Positions 48,499 to 59,138 of a stretch of 64,000 nucleotides of DNA are shown piece after piece. Within the stretch, counting starts at the first letter, position 1, and every line of letters starts with the position of its first letter. Under the pieces are notes generated by a model. The model did not search any database. It saw nothing but the letters and a program-made list of their open reading frames with translations, and was not told where the DNA came from. The position numbers and the translations under genes are program-made. Origin of the DNA: an uncultured Candidatus Saccharibacteria bacterium (lineage in GTDB: Bacteria; Patescibacteriota; WWE3; UBA101185; UBA10185); the NCBI GenBank assembly GCA_964510435.1, contig CAZEBU010000002.1, forward strand, positions 5,458-69,457, written 5' to 3'.

Positions 48499-50586
48499 TC
48501 AAGACCTTCCTTTGACGATCTCCTCTGTTATCTGAGCTGGTACTTCCTCGTAGTGACTTGGTTCCATTGTAAAAGAGGCTCTGCCTTGCGTAAGACCCCT
48601 TATTTCCGTGGCATAGCCAAACATTTCACCCAATGGAACTTTCACTTGAATGATAGTTGCCTGACCTTCAGATTTTGTTTGCTCTATTTTTCCCCTTTTC
48701 CCGGAAATATTTCCTATGATATCACCCATAAATTCTTCAGGTGCCACAACCTCTAAATTCATAATAGGTTCGATCAAATAAGTATCTGCCTTTTTCTGTG
48801 CCTCCCTAAAAGCTCCAATAGCAGCTAACTTGAAAGCCAGTTCAGAAGAATCCACCTCATGGAATGAGCCATCATACAAAGAAACTTTTATGTCCGTCAC
48901 GGGATAACCCGCAACACTACCACTTTCAGCAGCTTCTTTAATACCCTTTTCTACGCCGGGAATAAATTCTTTGGGAATAGCTCCGCGCACAATTTTATTA
49001 GCAAACTCCAAACCTTTTCCTCTCGGTAAAGGTTCCATAGTAATAAGAACGTGACCGTACTGCCCACGTCCACCCGACTGTCTGATATACTTGTTTTCTG
49101 CATTAACCTTCTGACGTACGGTTTCTCTATAAGCAACCTGTGGTTTTCCAGTGTTGATCTCTACATCAAATTCCCTTTTCATGCGATCAACAATTATCTC
49201 CAGATGAAGTTCTCCCATACCATACAAGAGAGTTTCTCCAGTCTCCTGATTTGTTTTCATTTTTAAAGTGGGATCTTCCTCTAAAAATTTCTTGATAACT
49301 TCTCCCATTTTATCTCTATCACCTTTTGTTTTTGGTTCGACTACAACTCCGATAACAGGCTCGGCAAAAGTAATTGATTCCAGTAAAATCCGGTTGCTTT
49401 CGTCACAAAGCGTATCTCCGGTAGTGGTGTCACTCAAACCTATAATTGCACCTATTTCACCCGCTTTTATTTTCTTGATTTCCTCCCGGTGATTGGCATG
49501 CATGAGTAGTATCCTTCCCACTCTTTCTTTTTTGTTTTTCGTAGTATTCATTACGTATGACCCTGCATCTAAAATGCCGGCGTAAACCCTGATATATGTG
49601 AGCCTCCCCACATACGGGTCGGTCTGGATCTTAAAAGCCAAAGCAGCAAGAGGCTCCTCCACAGTCTCATCTAAAACGTACTTTTCTCCGTCAGAAATCC
49701 TTGTTCCCACCACGTTAGCCACATCCAAGGGAGCGGGTAAATAATTAATCACTGAATCTAAAACATACTGAGCAGGTACGCCACGACCATCACCTCCGAT
49801 AACAGGGAAGAAGTTTGCCGACAAGGTAGCTTTTCTAAGGCACATGGCAATCTCTTCCTCAGTGAGTTTTTCGTCGTTTAAGAACTTTTCCATCATGGCT
49901 TCATCGTACTCCACGACAGCCTCGATCAGTTTTTGTCGTAATTCTTGTGCCTTCTCAAGCAAATCCTCCGGAACCTCTTCTTCAACCAACTCATCCTGTT
50001 TAATTTCCGTGTATACATAGGCTTTCATTTTTATTAGATCTACATTCCCTCTCAGATCCTTTTCGAAACCGATAGGTAAAAATATAGGGTGGGCATTTGG
50101 CGATAGCTTTTGCCTAATGGACTCAATACTTTTTTCAAGATCCCCACCTACTTGATTGATCTTGTTCACAAAACAGATTCTTGGGACTCCATACTTGTTT
50201 GCTTGCCTCCAAACTGTCTCGGATTGTGGTTCAACTCCCATTTTCCCGTCGAAAACAACAACAGCACCATCCAAAACGCGTAAGGACCTTTCAACTTCAG
50301 CTGTAAAGTCTACATGTCCGGGAGTATCAATAATATTAATGCGGTAATTATTCCAATAACAAGTAGTTGCTGCGCTGGTTATAGTAATACCTCTCTCTCG
50401 TTCTTGTTCCATCCAATCCATTTGGGTATCTCCTGTGTGTACTTCCCCTATTTTATGAGTTTTTCCGGTGTAGTAGAGAATACTCTCCGTAGTTGTGGTC
50501 TTGCCGGCATCGATATGGGCAATAATACCAATATTGCGTATTTTATCCATAGAATATTCTTCCTGTGTGGTGCTGCTTTCAGTCAT
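48499..50586 (-). CDS. fusA: Elongation factor G (atypical G4/G5 motifs)
   Basis: [25 protein letters not shown] and [10 protein letters not shown] motifs; str operon position. Confidence 0.98.
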   Translation of the reverse strand: MTESSTTQEEYSMDKIRNIGIIAHIDAGKTTTTESILYYTGKTHKIGEVHTGDTQMDWMEQERERGITITSAATTCYWNNYRINIIDTPGHVDFTAEVERSLRVLDGAVVVFDGKMGVEPQSETVWRQANKYGVPRICFVNKINQVGGDLEKSIESIRQKLSPNAHPIFLPIGFEKDLRGNVDLIKMKAYVYTEIKQDELVEEEVPEDLLEKAQELRQKLIEAVVEYDEAMMEKFLNDEKLTEEEIAMCLRKATLSANFFPVIGGDGRGVPAQYVLDSVINYLPAPLDVANVVGTRISDGEKYVLDETVEEPLAALAFKIQTDPYVGRLTYIRVYAGILDAGSYVMNTTKNKKERVGRILLMHANHREEIKKIKAGEIGAIIGLSDTTTGDTLCDESNRILLESITFAEPVIGVVVEPKTKGDRDKMGEVIKKFLEEDPTLKMKTNQETGETLLYGMGELHLEIIVDRMKREFDVEINTGKPQVAYRETVRQKVNAENKYIRQSGGRGQYGHVLITMEPLPRGKGLEFANKIVRGAIPKEFIPGVEKGIKEAAESGSVAGYPVTDIKVSLYDGSFHEVDSSELAFKLAAIGAFREAQKKADTYLIEPIMNLEVVAPEEFMGDIIGNISGKRGKIEQTKSEGQATIIQVKVPLGEMFGYATEIRGLTQGRASFTMEPSHYEEVPAQITEEIVKGRS

Positions 50587-50589
50587 ACG

Positions 50590-51057
50590 TTAAAACCGTG
50601 CAAAATGTGCAAATGCCCTATTTGCCTCGGCAACCTTGTGTATTTCGCTTCGTTTTCTCACTGCGTCTCCCAACCCCTCACTTGCATCCTTAAGTTCTTT
50701 GTGCAGTCTTACTACCATATCAGTACCTTGTTTGCTTCTAGCAGCTCGAACAAGCCACCTTACAGCCAAAGCCTCCGCACGATCATATTTAAGCGGGTAT
50801 GGTACTTGATAGGTTGCGCCTCCAACTCTTCGTGACCTCACCTCCTGAGAAGGCATAACATTTTTTACTGCCTGTTCGAAGGCCTTCAGAGAGTCCTTTC
50901 TGTCATCAGCCAACTTTTCCATAGCACCGTAAACTATATTTCTAGCCGTGCTTTTCTTACCACCAAGCATAACTACATTAATCATTCGCGTAACTATTTT
51001 GGATTTATAAATGGGATCCGGTACTATTGGTCTTTTTTTTGCTCTCTTGGATCTCAT
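50590..51057 (-). CDS. rpsG: 30S ribosomal protein uS7
   Basis: [11 protein letters not shown] and AEANRAFAH motifs. Confidence 0.98.
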   Translation of the reverse strand: MRSKRAKKRPIVPDPIYKSKIVTRMINVVMLGGKKSTARNIVYGAMEKLADDRKDSLKAFEQAVKNVMPSQEVRSRRVGGATYQVPYPLKYDRAEALAVRWLVRAARSKQGTDMVVRLHKELKDASEGLGDAVRKRSEIHKVAEANRAFAHFARF

Positions 51058-51464
51058 GTCTCTCTCTTGGCGCCATATATTGAGCGTGAACTTTTTCTAC
51101 CTTCTACACCTGTTAGATCATATACTCCTCTCACAATAGTATATTTGATTCCGGGAAGATCATTAACTTTACCGCCTCTGACCAAAACCACTGAGTGCTC
51201 TTGAAGGCCGTGACCTTCCCCCGGTATATATGCTGTAACCTCCTGTCTATTGGATAATCTTACCCGAGCCACTTTTCTCAAAGCAGAGTTAGGTTTCTTA
51301 GGAGTTTGTGTCATCACCTGCAAACATACCCCTCTTTTATACGGTGATCTAACATTCTCATACTTCCTTTTCTTGGAATTATAAATCTCCCCCATAGCCG
51401 GAGTTTTTACCTTTTTTGTTTTTCGTTTTCTGCCTTTTCTTATTAATTGGTTTACTGTTGGCAT
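51054..51464 (-). CDS. rpsL: 30S ribosomal protein uS12
   Basis: [19 protein letters not shown] and DLPG motifs. Confidence 0.99.
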   Translation of the reverse strand: MPTVNQLIRKGRKRKTKKVKTPAMGEIYNSKKRKYENVRSPYKRGVCLQVMTQTPKKPNSALRKVARVRLSNRQEVTAYIPGEGHGLQEHSVVLVRGGKVNDLPGIKYTIVRGVYDLTGVEGRKSSRSIYGAKRET

Positions 51465-51468
51465 AATT

Positions 51469-54400
51469 TTACTCTAATCTTGCATTTTCACCGGTTGGAA
51501 TTAGCCTTCCAATAATAACATTTTCCTTAAGCCCAAGTAACGAGTCGACTTTACCAGACGAGGCCGCATCGGTCAACACATTACTGGTCATAATAAACGA
51601 AGCTGCAGCTAAAAAGCTATCGCTTATGAGAGAGGATTTAGTAATTCCTAATAAATGCATTTCTGCTACCGCTGGTTCTCCACCTTCCGCTAAAATTTTC
51701 TCATTACCCTCCAAAAAACTGTCCTTAGACACTTTTTCGTCAATTAAAAATTCTGTGTCTCCGCTTTCTGCTATACGTACGTTCTTAAACATCTGCTTGA
51801 CTATGACCTCAATATGTTTGTCATTCAAACTAACTCCTTGCGAAGCATAAACTTTTTGAATTTCGTCAATAATATACTTCTGCGTATCCCAAGCACCAAC
51901 AACAGTTAGTAGATCTCTTAGATCCAAATGCCCCGAAGTAAGCTTGTCACCCTTTTTAACCTTATCTTCATCTTCAACTAAGATTTCCGATAATGGGTCC
52001 ACCAGGTATTCGACGACGGTTTCCTTTTCCTCGCTATCTACCCCTGCCACTAAAATTCTTCTTTCGTCGCCTGAAACGTGTAGTTTTACTTTACCGTCAA
52101 GCTCGCACATAGTAGCTAAAAATTTTGGTGTTCTTGCCTCTACTAGCTCTTCTACTCTTGGTAGACCTTGTGTTATATCTTTTCCGGCTAAACCACCCGT
52201 ATGGAATGTCCTCATAGTAAGCTGTGTTCCCGGCTCTCCGATGGACTGCGCAGCAGCAACACCAACGGCTGTACCTATTTTAACTTCCTTCCCACTCATC
52301 AAGTCCATACCATAACATTTTGGGCAAATACCTCTGCTCGTTTCACATCCTAACGGAGACCTGATCATTATTTCCTCCACACCTAGTTTTTCTATTTCAG
52401 CAATATCTTCATCTTCCAGCAAGGTACCGGCTTTAATAACAATTTTTTTCTTAGCTTTAACAGCCTCCGATAAATACCTTCCTCTGACTCTGCTAGCAAA
52501 ATCCTGTAACATAGTGCCTTCCCCAACCTTCATCTTTCTGCCGTTTTCCGTTTTACAATCTTCCTCTCTGACAATTACCTCCTGAGCTACATCAACAAGT
52601 CTCCTAGTCAAATAGCCTGCATCAGCAGTTTTTAGTCCTTTGTCAACCAATCCTTTTCTAGCACCACGAGCTCCAACAAAATACTCTAACCCCGATAATC
52701 CTAACTTGTAGTTACCCAACAGAGGCAATAAAACAGTCTTGCCGGTAGGATCGGCAACAAGACCCTTAATACCTGCAATTTGGTTAACTTGGCTACGAGA
52801 TGCTCTTGTAGATCCTGATTTAACAAGCACCTTCACCGGATTATCTTCCTCCAAGTTGTCCCACACTCTTTCGCTTATATCATCTACAACTTTGTACCAG
52901 GCATCCTCAGTTAATCGTGTAGCTTCTTGGGAGGTGATCAAACCTCTCTTAAAGTTCCTATCAACATCACGAACGGCCGTTCTTCCCCGTTCAATTATCT
53001 CCTCTGTTCCCTTAGGGATCTGTATATCCGATAAAGCTACTGATTGTCCTGATATGGTGCCGTATTTAAATCCTAAATCCTTTAAGTCATCGATCAGTCC
53101 CACAACTACCTCAGTTGATTCTGTAGCAAATGCTCTGGAAAGAAGAACGGTGACATTTTTCTTATCCATGTCCTCATTCATAAAACCATACGATTCAGGT
53201 ATCACCTTATTGAACATAACTCTACCTGGAGTTGTCTCTATGATCTCACCATCTATATTTACTTTGGCTTTTTGTTTTAATCCAACCAATCTGTTTACAT
53301 TCATAGCAAATAACAATTCATTTTCATCCGAAAAGACTCCTTCGTACGTTTTTAGATCACTATCGATGGTAGTCATAAAGTAAATTCCATAAAGCATTAT
53401 TTTCGTTGGAATGGACATAGGAGATCCGTTGGAAGGGTTCAATAAATTATTGGTGGAAATAACCACAGTTTTTGCTTCCTCAATGGCTTCTTTAGACAAA
53501 GGAACGTGCACTGCCATCTGATCGCCGTCGAAATCAGCATTAAATCCGGAACAAACACATAAATGCAATCTGATGGAGTTTCCTTCAATTAACTTGGGGT
53601 AAAATGCCTGGATACCCAATCTCCACAAAGTAGGGGCTCTGTTAAGTAAAACGGGGTGTCCCTCCACAACATTCTCTAGAATATCCCAAACTTCCGGACT
53701 TCGTTGCTCTAAATAATATTTAGCACTTTTAACGTTGGGTGCGTAGCCTTTAGCTAATATGTCCCTAAGTATATACGGTTTAAATAATTCCAAAGCCATT
53801 TCCTTGGGAATTCCACAAGTATCTAATTTTAGAGTAGGACCATTAATAATGACCGCACGTCCGGAGTAATCAACTCTTTTACCTAGTAAATTGAGTCTAA
53901 AGGTGCCCTGCTTACCCTTGATCATGTCCGCCAACGATCTCAATTCTTTTTTCCCCCTAGACACTCTGGCTCTTTGTCTTTGTTTAGAAGAATCAAACAA
54001 TGCATCAACCGCCTCTTGCAACATTCTTTTCTCATTTCTAACAATAATTTCCGGCGCACCTAAGTCCAGTAGCCTTTTTAATCTACTATTTCTATTGATC
54101 ACTCTTCTGTAAAGATCATTAAGGTCAGCGGTGGCAAATCTTCCCCCCTCTAATTGCACCATAGGTCTCAGATCGGGAGGGATAACAGGAATAACATCGA
54201 TGATCATATTACTGGGCGGTATAGACGCTCTTCTAAATTGTTCTACAACTTTTAGTCTTTTAGCAATTTTTATAGCTTTCTGGCCTTTAGATTCATCGAG
54301 TTGATCACGTAATTCTAGTGATAGTTTATTAAGATCCATCTCCTCGAGAATTCCTTTTAGCGCCTGGGCACCGATTTCCAATCTACAAAACTTATCTAAA

Positions 54401-55143
54401 TACCCATGTAGGCTAAGATATTCATTTTCATAGAGAACCGTAAATAATTCGATGCTCTCAATTTTTTTTAGTATCAATTTAAAAGTGGCATCCTGCTCAA
54501 TCATTTTCTCTTCATAAACACTCCTAACTGCTTGTACACTCTGTTTCTGCTTGAACTCTTTTTCCTGGTCTTTTAGATCATCACCACCTTTGCCTCCTTT
54601 TTTAAATTCCTTTTCCACCTCTTTTATTTTTTCTTCCATTTCTTTTTCTAAAATGAGTCTTGATTTTTCATGATCTTTTTCGACCGTGCTGATCGCCTCG
54701 GCTTTTTTGGAACCGTCAATTTCCGTAACGATAAATGCCGAAAAATATATTACAGACTCAACGTTTCTAGGTGTTACGTTTAACATCAAGGCCATTTTTG
54801 AGGGAATTCCCCTAAATAACCACACATGAGCTACCGGCGACGCAAGTTTAATATGCCCCATTCTATCCCTTCTGACCCTAGAAGTAGTTACTTGTACTCC
54901 ACATTTATCACAAATAACATCTTTGTACCTTATTCCCTTGTATTTTCCACAATAACATTCATAATTTTTCTGAGGCCCAAAAATTCTCTCATCAAACAAA
55001 CCATCTCTTTCCGCTTTGAAAGTCCTGTAGTTAATTGTCTCCGGTTTGGTAATTTCACCATACGACCAAGACAAGATCTCTTTACTATCAGCGAGGTAGA
55101 TCTTAATGGCGTCGAATTTTTTCAGACTGGCTAAATCTTTCAT
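51469..55143 (-). CDS. rpoC: RNA polymerase beta' subunit
   Basis: NADFDGD, zinc-finger cysteines, [15 protein letters not shown] and GLKENVIIG motifs. Confidence 0.99.
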   Translation of the reverse strand: MKDLASLKKFDAIKIYLADSKEILSWSYGEITKPETINYRTFKAERDGLFDERIFGPQKNYECYCGKYKGIRYKDVICDKCGVQVTTSRVRRDRMGHIKLASPVAHVWLFRGIPSKMALMLNVTPRNVESVIYFSAFIVTEIDGSKKAEAISTVEKDHEKSRLILEKEMEEKIKEVEKEFKKGGKGGDDLKDQEKEFKQKQSVQAVRSVYEEKMIEQDATFKLILKKIESIELFTVLYENEYLSLHGYLDKFCRLEIGAQALKGILEEMDLNKLSLELRDQLDESKGQKAIKIAKRLKVVEQFRRASIPPSNMIIDVIPVIPPDLRPMVQLEGGRFATADLNDLYRRVINRNSRLKRLLDLGAPEIIVRNEKRMLQEAVDALFDSSKQRQRARVSRGKKELRSLADMIKGKQGTFRLNLLGKRVDYSGRAVIINGPTLKLDTCGIPKEMALELFKPYILRDILAKGYAPNVKSAKYYLEQRSPEVWDILENVVEGHPVLLNRAPTLWRLGIQAFYPKLIEGNSIRLHLCVCSGFNADFDGDQMAVHVPLSKEAIEEAKTVVISTNNLLNPSNGSPMSIPTKIMLYGIYFMTTIDSDLKTYEGVFSDENELLFAMNVNRLVGLKQKAKVNIDGEIIETTPGRVMFNKVIPESYGFMNEDMDKKNVTVLLSRAFATESTEVVVGLIDDLKDLGFKYGTISGQSVALSDIQIPKGTEEIIERGRTAVRDVDRNFKRGLITSQEATRLTEDAWYKVVDDISERVWDNLEEDNPVKVLVKSGSTRASRSQVNQIAGIKGLVADPTGKTVLLPLLGNYKLGLSGLEYFVGARGARKGLVDKGLKTADAGYLTRRLVDVAQEVIVREEDCKTENGRKMKVGEGTMLQDFASRVRGRYLSEAVKAKKKIVIKAGTLLEDEDIAEIEKLGVEEIMIRSPLGCETSRGICPKCYGMDLMSGKEVKIGTAVGVAAAQSIGEPGTQLTMRTFHTGGLAGKDITQGLPRVEELVEARTPKFLATMCELDGKVKLHVSGDERRILVAGVDSEEKETVVEYLVDPLSEILVEDEDKVKKGDKLTSGHLDLRDLLTVVGAWDTQKYIIDEIQKVYASQGVSLNDKHIEVIVKQMFKNVRIAESGDTEFLIDEKVSKDSFLEGNEKILAEGGEPAVAEMHLLGITKSSLISDSFLAAASFIMTSNVLTDAASSGKVDSLLGLKENVIIGRLIPTGENARLE

Positions 55144-55144
55144 A

Positions 55145-58100
55145 TTATTTCTCTAGCTCCTGCAAATTTTCGTCAATTTTCTCTCCAGTTTCCTCTTTTT
55201 CTTCTGTTTTCTCTGCTACTCCTTTAGTTTCAGTCAAAAAAATAGGTTTGATGCCTATTCCCAGACCATTAAGCTGCCTTACCAGCAATTTGAAGGTTTC
55301 GGGTATTGTAGGTTCGGGTATTTCCGTACCTTGAATAATGGAACTATACGCCTTAGTTCTGCCTATTAGATCATCGGACTTTATGGTTATCATTTCATTT
55401 AATATATGCGCTGCCCCATAAGACTCTAGTGCCCAAACCTCCATTTCCCCAAACCTCTGTCCACCAAATTGCGCCTTACCACCCAGCGGCTGCTGGGTAA
55501 TCAACGAGTACGGCCCAGTGGACCGTGCGTGCATTTTTTCTTCGCTCATATGGACTAGTTTTAAAATATAGGTATTCCCAACAATAATTTCGTCATGAAA
55601 ATATTCCCCTGTCCTACCATCCACAAGTTTCATTTTTCCGCTTTTAGGTAATCCCGCTGCCGTTAATTCTTTTTGGATATCCTCCTCCGGAATGGATTGC
55701 AGTAAAGGTACCTCATACTTCTTATTCAGAATTTTTCCTGCCATACCCAGCGGAGCTTCAATGATCTGACCCACATTCATTCTCTTAAGAACTGCTTCTG
55801 AGGAAAAAATAATATCTACTGTTGATCCATCAGGCAACATGGGCATATCAACTTCCGAGACGATGGCTGAGATAACACCTTTATTCCCATGTCTGCCGGC
55901 TAATTTATCTCCGATTTCTATCTTTTTCATCTGGGCAACGTAGACGCTTATTTCTTCCATTGTTCCTGCAGGAAGATCCTTATTTTCTTCCTTGGTTACT
56001 CTTTTAACCCCAATAACCACACCGTGCTGCCCATGGGGCATATACAAAGAATTATCTCTGACATCTTTGGCTTTTTCACCGAAGATGGCTCTTAAAAGTC
56101 TTTCTTCTGCTGATAGCTCAGCTTCTCCTTTAGGGGCAACTTTTCCTACTAAAATATCACCGGAATTCACTTTCGAGCCTACTGCTACCACACCCTCTTC
56201 ATCAAGATTCCTCAAACTATCTTCAGCGACGTTAGGGATATCTCTAGTGATTTCTTCAGGTCCCAATTTAGTTTCCAAAACAGGTAGAGAATGATCAGAG
56301 ATGTGTATGGAGGTAAAAACATCATCTTTAACCAGGCGGTCCGATATAACAATGCCATCCTCAAATTCGTATCCCTCCCAAATCATATAAGCTACCCTGA
56401 CGTTCGCGCCAATAGCAATATCACCATCTTCGGAAGAGGGACCTTCAATCAAAATGTCGCCCTTTTTAAACTTATCCCCGGATTTTACTCTCACATATTG
56501 ATTAAAACAGGTTTTAGTATTTGATTGCTGGAATTTAGTAGCCATATAGGTAGCTTTGCCTTCTTTTTTATATGTAACCTCAACTTTACCGGCATCCGCA
56601 TAAGTCACCTCACCGTTATCTTGGGCGGCAGTCACCGCATGGGAATTAAAGGCAATGTCCCTTTCTATTCCGGTACCCACAATGGGGGACTCGGGCTTAA
56701 CCAAAGGAACTGACTGGGACATTTGCTGGGTGCCCATTAGAGCTCTAGCTACATCATTATTTTGCAGGAAGGGAATCAATCCGGCACTAATACCAACAAT
56801 CTGTCTGGGCAACACTTCTATGTAATCAGCTAGTAAGACATCGCCTAAAACAAAGTCTCCAGCCCTTCGCAAAGGTATCTGGCTTTCCGTAATGTAATCC
56901 TTGTCATCTGTTTTCACCGAAGCGTCAGTGATATAAAAATTTTCCTCGTCATAGGCCGCCAAATAGACCACCTCATCGGTAATTCTAACTTTTCCGACTT
57001 TGCTTTTATCTAGTTTTAGATAAGGCGTCTCCACAAACCCGTAATTATTAACACGAGCATACATAGCTAAATAATTGATCAAACCGATATTAGGTCCCTC
57101 GGGTGTTCTTACCGGACATATTCGTCCAAAGGAAGAATAATGAACATCCCTCACAGCCATACTAGCGCGCTCTTTAGTTAAACCACCAGGACCCATCACC
57201 GAAAGCCTTCTTAAATGAGCTAAAGACGTCAACGGGTTTTGCTGGTCCTGAAACTGTGAAAGTTGCCCGGTGGCAAAAAAGCTATGAATGCTTGCAGCCA
57301 CCGCTCTGGGAGAAATTAATATCCCCGGCATAGGGAGTTCCTCTCTTGCCTGCATGGTCATCCTTTCCTTAATGTTCTTTTCCATTCTCAAAAACCCGAT
57401 CCTCATCTGCCATTGAAGTAATTCACCTACACGCTTAACCCTTCTATTAGCTAGGTTATCTACGTCACTTACTTCGCCAACACCATTATTCAGTTCAATA
57501 ATTCTCTTTACTATGGAGATCAAATCTTCTAACTGCAGTAATCTATGTTTTGGCTCATTGGGAAAATTATGTCCCAATTCTTGATTTAGCTTAAATCTTC
57601 CAACCTCCCCCAAACTATACCTACGGGTATTAAAAAACAACGCGTCTACATAGGCTTTGGCGTTTTCCAAAACTAAGGGCTCTCCCGGTCTCTGCTTTCT
57701 ATAAACCTCTAAACAAGCTTCGTCAAAGCTACTAGATGGGTCTTTTGAGAGCGTGCTTTCAATATAATTAATCTCCGGGTCAGTCTCTACATTCTCAAAT
57801 ACGTCTCTAATCTCATCATCAGTTTCCAATCCAAAAATTCTTAATAAGGTAGTGATACTCATTTTCCTTTTTCTGTCTATCTTTACATTAATAACTCCAC
57901 TTCTGGACGTTTCAATTTCCAGCCAAGCACCGTTTTTTGGTAGAACTTTAGCCCCTCCGAGGAACTGTCCCGTAACGGGAGATATGTCCCCAGTAAACAA
58001 CACACCTTCCGATCTAATAAGCTGATTGATTATTACCCTTTCAATACCGTTAATAATGAAAGTACCCCGGTCTGTCATCAGGGGTATATCACCCATATAT

Positions 58101-58399
58101 ATTTTTTGTTCCTTTTTTTTCCTGCTGAGAGTATCTTTAAGAGTGGTCTTTATATACCAAGAGGCATCATAAGTCCTACCTGAATGGATAGCATCTTCTA
58201 CAGATATGTTTTCTTTTTCGATTTCCGGATCTGATAAGACTAGGACCCACCCTCTACCGGAGTAATCCTCGATCACTCCAAGCTCATCAAGTATTTCCTT
58301 TATACCTTGCTTTAAGAACCAATCATACGACTCCAACTGCACATCCATCAGATTGGGTAAAGCAAGCTTCCTTTTTAGCTTCGAAAAAGAATGACGCAT
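55145..58399 (-). CDS. rpoB: RNA polymerase beta subunit (compact, 1084 aa)
   Basis: TPEGPNIGL, GDKLAGRHGNKG and GGQRFGEME motifs. Confidence 0.99.
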   Translation of the reverse strand: MRHSFSKLKRKLALPNLMDVQLESYDWFLKQGIKEILDELGVIEDYSGRGWVLVLSDPEIEKENISVEDAIHSGRTYDASWYIKTTLKDTLSRKKKEQKIYMGDIPLMTDRGTFIINGIERVIINQLIRSEGVLFTGDISPVTGQFLGGAKVLPKNGAWLEIETSRSGVINVKIDRKRKMSITTLLRIFGLETDDEIRDVFENVETDPEINYIESTLSKDPSSSFDEACLEVYRKQRPGEPLVLENAKAYVDALFFNTRRYSLGEVGRFKLNQELGHNFPNEPKHRLLQLEDLISIVKRIIELNNGVGEVSDVDNLANRRVKRVGELLQWQMRIGFLRMEKNIKERMTMQAREELPMPGILISPRAVAASIHSFFATGQLSQFQDQQNPLTSLAHLRRLSVMGPGGLTKERASMAVRDVHYSSFGRICPVRTPEGPNIGLINYLAMYARVNNYGFVETPYLKLDKSKVGKVRITDEVVYLAAYDEENFYITDASVKTDDKDYITESQIPLRRAGDFVLGDVLLADYIEVLPRQIVGISAGLIPFLQNNDVARALMGTQQMSQSVPLVKPESPIVGTGIERDIAFNSHAVTAAQDNGEVTYADAGKVEVTYKKEGKATYMATKFQQSNTKTCFNQYVRVKSGDKFKKGDILIEGPSSEDGDIAIGANVRVAYMIWEGYEFEDGIVISDRLVKDDVFTSIHISDHSLPVLETKLGPEEITRDIPNVAEDSLRNLDEEGVVAVGSKVNSGDILVGKVAPKGEAELSAEERLLRAIFGEKAKDVRDNSLYMPHGQHGVVIGVKRVTKEENKDLPAGTMEEISVYVAQMKKIEIGDKLAGRHGNKGVISAIVSEVDMPMLPDGSTVDIIFSSEAVLKRMNVGQIIEAPLGMAGKILNKKYEVPLLQSIPEEDIQKELTAAGLPKSGKMKLVDGRTGEYFHDEIIVGNTYILKLVHMSEEKMHARSTGPYSLITQQPLGGKAQFGGQRFGEMEVWALESYGAAHILNEMITIKSDDLIGRTKAYSSIIQGTEIPEPTIPETFKLLVRQLNGLGIGIKPIFLTETKGVAEKTEEKEETGEKIDENLQELEK

Positions 58400-58430
58400 T
58401 TATAAAAAAGATAATAACTAGCCCCGTTTT

Positions 58431-58494
58431 TTGCCCTTTTATAAGAAAAAAGGGCAACGAAGCGTAAATTACCACGACAAATACACTATGTCAA
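58431..58494 (-). promoter_or_regulatory. rpoB promoter plus 5'-terminal hairpin
   Basis: TTGACA (58489-58494), 17-nt spacer, TGg-TAATTT (58466-58471). A 10-bp stem TTGCCCTTTT/AAAAGGGCAA lies at 58431-58457. Confidence 0.7.
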
Positions 58495-58512
58495 CAACTT
58501 GTTCTACTCACT

Positions 58513-58548
58513 TTCCCGCTATGCGGGAAGAGAAGAAACCTAGGTTTC
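58513..58548. repeat. Hairpin and perfect 14-bp palindrome downstream of lepB
   Basis: TTCCCGC-TAT-GCGGGAA at 58513-58529 and GAAACCTAGGTTTC at 58535-58548. Confidence 0.6.
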
Positions 58549-58569
58549 CAAACCGATAATTCTTCTTTT

Positions 58570-59112
58570 TTAGTTTATATAACCAACCTGAGAAGGGGGC
58601 CAAAATCTAAAAACTACCCTACCCACTATGCGTTCTACGTCAATAAGACCAAAAACCCTCGAATCTGCTGATCTACCACGATTATCCCCCAGAACCATAT
58701 ACTCGTTTTCTTCAATTTTTAGCGATCTACCCTCTTTTATACGTCCTCCGGCTGTAGTACAAGTATCTTCTTGTAAATATGGTTCGTCCAGCTTATATTT
58801 TTTCCCACCCCTATTTATATAAACCTCACAATTATATATTTTAACGATATCTCCGGGAACTGCAATAATTCTTTTAATAAAATCGACATTATCGTTTTGC
58901 GGAGGGTTTAAAACAACCACTTCCCCAATTTCATAGTCCTTGAAATATTTAGTGATCTTCTCCACTAATATCCTTTCGCCACCGTAAAAATTGGGTTCCA
59001 TGCTTGCGCCCTGTACTTGTTCGGGCATAGCAATGGTAGTATAAATAATTAATATTACAATAGCGCTGGTAATAGCGGTTTCGATTAGTTCTAGGATTGT
59101 GTTCTTGTTCAT
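58570..59112 (-). CDS. lepB: Signal peptidase I
   Basis: GASMEPN (catalytic Ser), FIKRII (Lys) and LGDNRGRSADSR motifs. Confidence 0.97.
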   Translation of the reverse strand: MNKNTILELIETAITSAIVILIIYTTIAMPEQVQGASMEPNFYGGERILVEKITKYFKDYEIGEVVVLNPPQNDNVDFIKRIIAVPGDIVKIYNCEVYINRGGKKYKLDEPYLQEDTCTTAGGRIKEGRSLKIEENEYMVLGDNRGRSADSRVFGLIDVERIVGRVVFRFWPPSQVGYIN

Positions 59113-59138
59113 TGCTGTATCATAATATCATTAGAAAA
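59113..59138. promoter_or_regulatory. Overlapping bidirectional -10 elements in a 26-bp divergent gap
   Basis: Minus-strand TGaTATTAT 9 nt before the lepB ATG; plus-strand TATCAT 7 nt before ATG 59139. Confidence 0.5.

Noticed and set aside
54470-54710. Charged coiled-coil insert near the beta' N-terminus as an intein or novel domain
   Set aside because: It has no intein terminal motifs, and its position and character match the known lineage-specific beta' helical insertion.
37658-56713. Many plus-strand ORFs antisense to ribosomal, EF and RNAP genes (e.g. 52739-53383, 50314-50835, 46809-47207)
   Set aside because: These are shadow ORFs of conserved minus-strand genes, with Ser/Pro/Ile-rich composition, no motifs and no expression signals.
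47201-58525. Shared GCTATGC core in the hairpins after tuf and after lepB
   Set aside because: There are only two instances, in opposite orientation relative to transcription, which is compatible with chance.
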